Positions 58,851 through 64,000 of a DNA stretch of 64,000 nucleotides are shown in pieces. How positions within the stretch are numbered: position 1 is the stretch's first letter; each line of letters opens with the position of its first letter. This DNA is from a virus. The translations under genes were made by a program, and so were the position numbers. The notes under the pieces are model-generated. The model had not been told where the DNA came from. It saw only the letters and a program-made list of their open reading frames with translations, and ran no database searches. Where the stretch lies: the IMG/VR virus record IMGVR_UViG_3300035169_000087, positions 1 through 64,000 of that record. One strand, written 5' to 3'.

Positions 58851-59656
58851 TCACAGGGCGCTGCGTCCCTCGGCCTCGCCCGAGCAGCCCAGGCAGGGCG
58901 TCTGGTCGTAGCCGGTGGCGCGGCAGTTGTGGCAGCCCTTGCCGGGCACGTCGGGTGCGGGCGAGCACACGACGCACACGTGCGAGCGTCCGCACGGGAA
59001 CTCCACTACGCGCGGGTCCTTCGCGTAGGGCCATACGCCACTGGCCTTCTCGGCGGCGCGCTTCTCGTGCAGCCGCTCCAGGTAGTCGATGACGCGTCCG
59101 ACGCGGCGGTGTTCCGCGCGGGCGTCCTTGAGCATGGCGGCGATGGCGTCGGGCGACGCGTGGATCTCGAAACGCTCCCGGCCGCGACTCTGTACGTCCC
59201 AGTGTGCGGGCATCACGCACCGTCCTCGTGCGGGTAGGTGCCGGGTGTCGGCGGCATGAGTTTCGGGGTGGACAGGCCGTGGAACACGGCGTCCAAGCTG
59301 TCCTTCGGCTCCCGGTATTCCTCGGTGACGCTCCAGCCGTGCTGGTCGAGCCAGGTGACCCACTCGTACAGCTGCGCGACCGCGCCGGGTCCGTGGCCGA
59401 GGACGGCCATGCAGTCGTGTTTGTGGTAGGCGTCTTCGGGGGTCCACGGCCAGGGGTCGGGTTGCGGGTCGAGGTCGTAGATGTGGCTGTAGTCGAGGTA
59501 GTTGCTGCCGAGGGTGATGCCGACGCAGTCGCGCCCGATGCCGCAGGTTCCGGCGAATTGGGCGGTCGCGCCGTGGCGTGCGGCCCAGGCGGTGATGGCG
59601 AGGACGTGTTGGGGGTCGACTCCGGCGAGCGGGTCGGTGGTTTCTTCGGTGGTCAC
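58851..59656 (-). CDS. Two leftward hypothetical ORFs (58851-59213, 59213-59656)
   Basis: AGGAGG RBS; TGATG coupling; PEDAYHKHDC.AVLG motif. Confidence 0.55.
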
Positions 59657-59692
59657 GGGTTCCTCCTGGGGGTCGTTCGATGGTTGCACCGG
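59652..59692 (-). repeat. 41-bp start-associated repeat, copy 1
   Basis: 36/41 identical to 61935-61975; includes AGGAGG and the GTG start. Confidence 0.8.
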
Positions 59693-59802
59693 GACGCAGC
59701 CAGGCGCGCACGGTTTGCGCGGCTGGTCACGGTCGCGTCACGGCTGGGGCAGTGCACTGACAGCGGCGCTACGGTGCGTGGACCGGCATCGAGGGGTGGG
59801 GT

Positions 59803-60315
59803 ATGGCTGACAGCGGTCCGAAGCGGGGCGTGGGGTATTGGCTGCTCAAGCACGGCACGTTCACGGTGCTGGTGTCGATCGGGTTGTTGTTCCTGGCGGC
59901 GTTCGGGCTGATCAAGGCGACGGGGTTCCGGCAGTATCACGCGCCGGCGGATAGCGGGGCCGGGGTGGTGGTGTCGAGTGGTCCGGCCGCGGTGGGCAGC
60001 ACGCAGGCCGCTGCCCCGCCAGCCAGTGCCGCAGCGTCCCCGGCGCAGATGCTCGCGGACCTGGACGGTGACACGCAGCCTGTCGCGGACTATCAGGCCG
60101 CACTGGACGCGCTGGGTCCGAAGTGCACGCAGGATGAGGCGCACGTCGCCGCCCTGGGTAACGCCGGGTACGAGGACCTGATCAAGAACGGGGTGAACGA
60201 CGAGACGCGGCTGTCGGTGCTCAAGCACCTGTCGGATTCGATCCCGGCGAGTCTCGGGCGCACGGACTGCGTGGGCATCCTCTCGGGCTACCTCGTGCTG
60301 CGCGAACAAGGCTGA
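59803..60315 (+). CDS. Membrane-anchored extracytoplasmic protein
   Basis: N-terminal TM, Ala/Pro linker, helical domain with two Cys. Confidence 0.65.
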   Translation: MADSGPKRGVGYWLLKHGTFTVLVSIGLLFLAAFGLIKATGFRQYHAPADSGAGVVVSSGPAAVGSTQAAAPPASAAASPAQMLADLDGDTQPVADYQAALDALGPKCTQDEAHVAALGNAGYEDLIKNGVNDETRLSVLKHLSDSIPASLGRTDCVGILSGYLVLREQG

Positions 60316-60425
60316 GACGGCTCGCCGAACACAGGCGCCGGTTACAGGCCCGCGCACTCCCGGACCCACGCGATGGCCCGGCGTTCCCAGCCCATCAGCG
60401 CAGGGAACACCGGGCCATAGAAGCG

Positions 60426-60746
60426 CTAGAGCGCCAGCGCCGAACGCAGTCCGGCCGCTACGCGCAGCATCGTGCCCGGCGTGAGCGCACCGCCGTCGCG
60501 TTTGACCTCGTCCGCGTACATGACGGCGATGTTGTCGCACAGGACCCGGCCGACCAGCGGGTCCTGCGGCGCGAGTTCGATGATGCTGTCGAGACGCGGC
60601 TTGGTCGTGGTCGTGATCCGTACCACTAGCGCGCTGCCCAGCCGGGCATTGCGCCCGTTGTTGCTCACAACCAGGTACGGCTTGTCGCCGCGCCCCAGGT
60701 CGGCGTAGTAGATCCTGCCTCGGGTCAGTCCGGGGACTGCTGGCAA
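60426..60746 (-). CDS. PemK/MazF-family endoribonuclease toxin
   Basis: RGRIYYADLG...KPYLVVSNNGRN......VVRITTT...G.VLCDNI. Confidence 0.88.
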   Translation of the reverse strand: MPAVPGLTRGRIYYADLGRGDKPYLVVSNNGRNARLGSALVVRITTTTKPRLDSIIELAPQDPLVGRVLCDNIAVMYADEVKRDGGALTPGTMLRVAAGLRSALAL

Positions 60747-60749
60747 GGC

Positions 60750-61046
60750 TCAGTCCTCCGTGTCGCGCACGCGCTTGCGCATGGCGGCTTCGTAGGCGCG
60801 GTCCTCGTCGTCCTGCATGGCTGCCAGTGCCGCGTAGCCGTGGTCCTGTACGCGTTCCTTGACGGCGGTCAGGCCGAGGTGCAGGAGTGCCTGGAGGGTG
60901 GCTGCTTCGGAGCGGGTGGCGTCGGGGCCGGCGAGTTCGGTCAGGGCGTCGTGGACGGGCGTGCCGTCGGTGCGGGCTTGGGTGAGCGCGGCTTGTTCGT
61001 CGGGGGTGAGGGGGACGCTCTTGCGGATCGTTTCGGCGGCGGTCAT
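60750..61046 (-). CDS. Putative cognate antitoxin
   Basis: Small gene 3 bp upstream of the toxin; RHH-like N-terminus and GY.ALA acidic C-terminus; CATCAT-N7-ATG. Confidence 0.7.
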   Translation of the reverse strand: MTAAETIRKSVPLTPDEQAALTQARTDGTPVHDALTELAGPDATRSEAATLQALLHLGLTAVKERVQDHGYAALAAMQDDEDRAYEAAMRKRVRDTED

Positions 61047-61097
61047 GCATCAGATGATGCTGCAATTCGTGCTGCAATTCAACCGGGTTGGTGGCGG

Positions 61098-61939
61098 TCA
61101 TTCGGCGAGCCGTTCCAGTGCGCGCTCGTTGCGGTTCATGGTGTCGCGCAGTCGGGCGGCGAACTCGGGGTCCTCACGCCGCTGCGCGATCCGCTCGTCA
61201 AGGTCGGGCTCCTCGCAGTCGCCGGGTTCGATGACGATCGACGCCCCGGTGAGGTCGGGTGTGCCGTCCGGGTGTAGCGGCGAGGTGGGTTCGGGTGGTG
61301 GTGCGAGGCGTTGGGCGCGGCGTGCTTTCATGCGGGCGAGCCGTTGCGCGTCGGTGGGCTTGGTCCACTGGTGCCAGCTGGCCGAGGCGCGGTATCGCAG
61401 GTAGTGGCCGTACTGCGGGATGCCGCACCATCGGCAGCCGTCAGGTGTGGGTGTCTCGCCGGTCTTGGTCCAGTGTGTGGGCGAGTACCGCAGGCCCGTG
61501 GCCTGGTCGATCGTAACGAGGGTCACGGCTCAGTCCTCCTGGTGGCCGGTCCGGCCGCCCGTGCCCGCGAGTGGGGGCGTGGGATCGGCAGCGGGCAGCC
61601 TGCGGCGTGCCACGCCAGCACGTCGGCCGCGGTCATGCCGTTCACGATGACGTCCGGGGCGGCTTTCTTGGCGAGTTCCAGCGCCTCCTCCAGCGGGAAG
61701 CGGTGCTCGGCGAGCCATTCGTCCTCGCGCTCGGAGGGGATGTGCTCGTAGTCCCATTCGCCGTTGCGGCTGAGGCAGTTGGACCAGCGTTTGATGGCCC
61801 ACAGTCCGCGGCCGCGGTATTCGACGGTCAGTTCCCAGCTGTTGGCGTCGGGGGTCTCGTCGGGTAGGCAGGTGACGGTGTAGGCGGTCGGGTAGGCGGC
61901 GGGGTGTTCGGGGCTTGCTGATGGCCGCAGGTGTGTCAC
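61098..61939 (-). CDS. Two leftward hypothetical ORFs (61098-61526, 61523-61939)
   Basis: GCRWCG...H...W..PT..Q..ARM.ARR; YTVTCLP...VEYRG...WA...CL...GEW.YE..PS.R.DEWL..HRF. Confidence 0.65.
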
Positions 61940-61975
61940 TGGTTCCTCCTGAGAGTCGATCGATGGTCGCACCGG
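61935..61975 (-). repeat. 41-bp start-associated repeat, copy 2
   Basis: 36/41 identical to 59652-59692. Confidence 0.8.
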
Positions 61976-61995
61976 CGGCGGGCGTATGCGCAGCG

Positions 61996-62150
61996 TTTCC
62001 GCAGGTCAGCGAGCCGTGTACCCCTGCCGCCGTATTTCCGCAGGTCAGAGGCGGTGTGTACCCCTGTGTAGGCTTTTCCGAAACTCCCACGTATGCGCAT
62101 GGGTGGAGAAAACCGGAAACCCCTACACAGGGGTACACTCCCGCAGGTCA
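61996..62150. repeat. Ori-like direct and inverted repeat region downstream of the D5-like helicase
   Basis: TTTCCGCAGGTCAG at 61996 and 62035; GTGTACCCCTG at 62016 and 62056; perfect 17-bp inverted repeat 62056-62072/62122-62138. Confidence 0.7.
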
Positions 62151-63611
62151 CAGCGTTTCCCCCGTGTCCCCGCCAGCCAGCATCAGACCGGGATAGACGT
62201 AGCCGGCACTCGTGCGCTTCTTGGTGAACTCGCGCGCCGCCATCGACTCAGCGAAAGCGTTCTCAGTGCCCGGCTCCTCGCCGTTGTGCAGGCACCACGA
62301 CTTCCACGCCTCGAACAGCACCCGCGAGCGCCCGGCCGCAGTCGGATTCTTCACCGTCCGCTCCTCCAGGAACCGGCCCAGCGCGTCACTCGCCGCCTGG
62401 TACGCAGCAGTACGCGCCCTCACTGCTTCCGGCGGGTTCAGCCCTTCCTTGCAATAGGCCAGCCAGCCCTGATGCGCCCACGCGATCACCTCGGACGCGG
62501 CCAGTTTCAGCCGCTCCGGCAGGCTCCCGTCGCGCTCCTCCTCGGGGATCACCACGTCGAACGGCACGACGAGGATGCGCCGCCACACCGCCGGGTCGTC
62601 ACCGGACACCCTGGGCAGGTGGTTAGTCATCATGATCAGTGCGTGGGACGGGTCGAACGTGATCGGGTTGCGGTGCATCAGGTTCGCCTCGATCGGGTCG
62701 CCGCCCGTCAGCCGCTTCATCGTCGACTCGGAGAACCGGCGCTCCTTCTCCGTCTCCGAGCAGAACACCAGCCGCGCACCGCGCAGCCGCATCTTGAACG
62801 CGCCGTGCCGTTCGTGCTTGGACTCCATCAGCAGCGCGGGATCGACCTCGATCGCGTAGTCCCCGAACGCGGCGAGCAGCGCGTCGCGCAGCGTGCCCTT
62901 CCCGTTCGCTCCGGTCCCGGTGAAGATCGGCATGATGTGCTCGGTGACCTTCCCGGACATGCAGTAGCCAACCAGCCGTTGCACGAACGCGCGGATCTGC
63001 TCGTCGGGCAGGATGCGCTCCAGGAATGTGTGCCACTCGTGGCATCGGTCGCCGTTAAGCGCGCCGCCCGCGACCTTGGTGATCAGGTCCGTGCGGCCGT
63101 GCTTGCGGGTCTCCCCCGTGTGCAGGTCGAGCGTGCCGGCTGCGGTGTTGAACACGTACGGGTCGGCGTCCAGCCACTTCGGCGAGGTGGAGATCGGATG
63201 GAGGGCGGCTGCGATGCGGGCGATGCCCTCCATCGCCGATGCGCTCTCCATGCGCCGCAGCTCCTTGAACAGCGCGTTGCGCTGCTCCTTGTCCGCGACC
63301 GCCACGGCGTCTTGCAGTGCGCGCTGGATGGTGGCCTTGACGCTGCGGACCTCGACGCGCATGTCGTCTCTTAGCCAGCGGCATCCGTCCCAGGTGTGCC
63401 AGCCGAGGTCGTGCACGTGTCGTAGCGCGAGGGCGTGTTCGCTGGCGAAGCGTTCGGCCATGCGCAATTGCCCGCGGTGCTCGACGGGTTTCGTGGGTGG
63501 CTGGCCGGGATCTTCGGGCATCTCGGGTGCAGCGCCGTACTGCGCTTCGGCGGTTTCCCGCTCGAAAGCGCGCCATGCGGCGAACGCCTTGTTGTCGGCC
63601 AGTTCCGTCAC
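62148..63611 (-). CDS. P4-alpha/D5-like SF3 helicase (no N-terminal primase domain in this ORF)
   Basis: W.TWDG.RW, LDADPY.FN...G.LDL.TG, ITK, GTGANGKGT (Walker A), LRGARL...SE, KRLTGGD.I.A, NHLP, AVWRR. Confidence 0.9.
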   Translation of the reverse strand: MTELADNKAFAAWRAFERETAEAQYGAAPEMPEDPGQPPTKPVEHRGQLRMAERFASEHALALRHVHDLGWHTWDGCRWLRDDMRVEVRSVKATIQRALQDAVAVADKEQRNALFKELRRMESASAMEGIARIAAALHPISTSPKWLDADPYVFNTAAGTLDLHTGETRKHGRTDLITKVAGGALNGDRCHEWHTFLERILPDEQIRAFVQRLVGYCMSGKVTEHIMPIFTGTGANGKGTLRDALLAAFGDYAIEVDPALLMESKHERHGAFKMRLRGARLVFCSETEKERRFSESTMKRLTGGDPIEANLMHRNPITFDPSHALIMMTNHLPRVSGDDPAVWRRILVVPFDVVIPEEERDGSLPERLKLAASEVIAWAHQGWLAYCKEGLNPPEAVRARTAAYQAASDALGRFLEERTVKNPTAAGRSRVLFEAWKSWCLHNGEEPGTENAFAESMAAREFTKKRTSAGYVYPGLMLAGGDTGETL

Positions 63612-63937
63612 TGTCCACCGTCCAGGATTTCGAGTTCGGCGGGCGTGAACCAGTCGCGCCAGGTGATGCCGTCGTGGTGGCCGCTACTGCGATCGATCGG
63701 TTCGGGGACGGTTCCTCGTAGCCGGTCGGCGTCACGGCGGATCGAGCGGGCGAGTTGAGCCCACCACTGCGCCACCTCGCGGTGCGCTGCGGCGTAACCG
63801 GCATCTAGTCCGTCCGCGTAGCCCATGGCGTACTGCTCGGCTTCGTTCAGCGCGTTGACACGCAACCGCCCGAGCTCAGCCGCGACGTCCGTCGCCTCGA
63901 CCACAACGCGCGGGCGATCGTCCAGTGCGGTCACCAT
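63608..63937 (-). CDS. Hypothetical protein
   Basis: GGAGG RBS; GYADG..AGY motif; GTGA overlap with the helicase. Confidence 0.55.
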   Translation of the reverse strand: MVTALDDRPRVVVEATDVAAELGRLRVNALNEAEQYAMGYADGLDAGYAAAHREVAQWWAQLARSIRRDADRLRGTVPEPIDRSSGHHDGITWRDWFTPAELEILDGGQ

Positions 63938-64000
63938 CCTCCCCTCCACCAGTAGCGCTGATCGAGACCCGCAGACTCCCGGATGTGCCCGCGCGCCAAC

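Noticed and set aside
57670-63374. Long alternative ORFs (e.g. 57670-59220, 59653-61101, 61986-63374) and similar ones throughout
   Set aside because: Arg/Pro-rich shadow frames expected in very GC-rich DNA; they overlap better-supported genes

Overview
High-GC actinobacterial temperate siphophage DNA; no host housekeeping gene is recognisable anywhere in the window. From left to right: tail module (end of major tail gene, frameshifted tail chaperone, tape measure, large multi-domain minor tail protein), lysis region, a 25-bp tRNA-Leu-derived att core with a tyrosine integrase, an immunity switch, and a long rightward early region (RecE/RecT-like pair, clamp-like protein, RusA-like resolvase, two DNA methyltransferases, initiator plus DnaB, WhiB, PP2C phosphatase). 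A mostly leftward arm follows (46.4-64 kb) carrying a Nudix pair, a PemK/MazF toxin-antitoxin pair and a second replication module (D5/P4-type helicase with an ori-like repeat region). The standout is at 48.4-51.9 kb: a tandem array of four related Y-RNA-like ncRNAs directly upstream of a Ro60/TROVE gene that is interrupted by a LAGLIDADG intein. The RNAs share one terminal scaffold but carry different, circularly permuted tRNA-like parts, and one retains a Tyr (GUA) anticodon arm. Also notable are a ubiquitin-like domain lacking the C-terminal Gly-Gly and a C5 methyltransferase with a nested alternative-frame repeat protein. All family calls are by motif recognition by eye; no searches were run.
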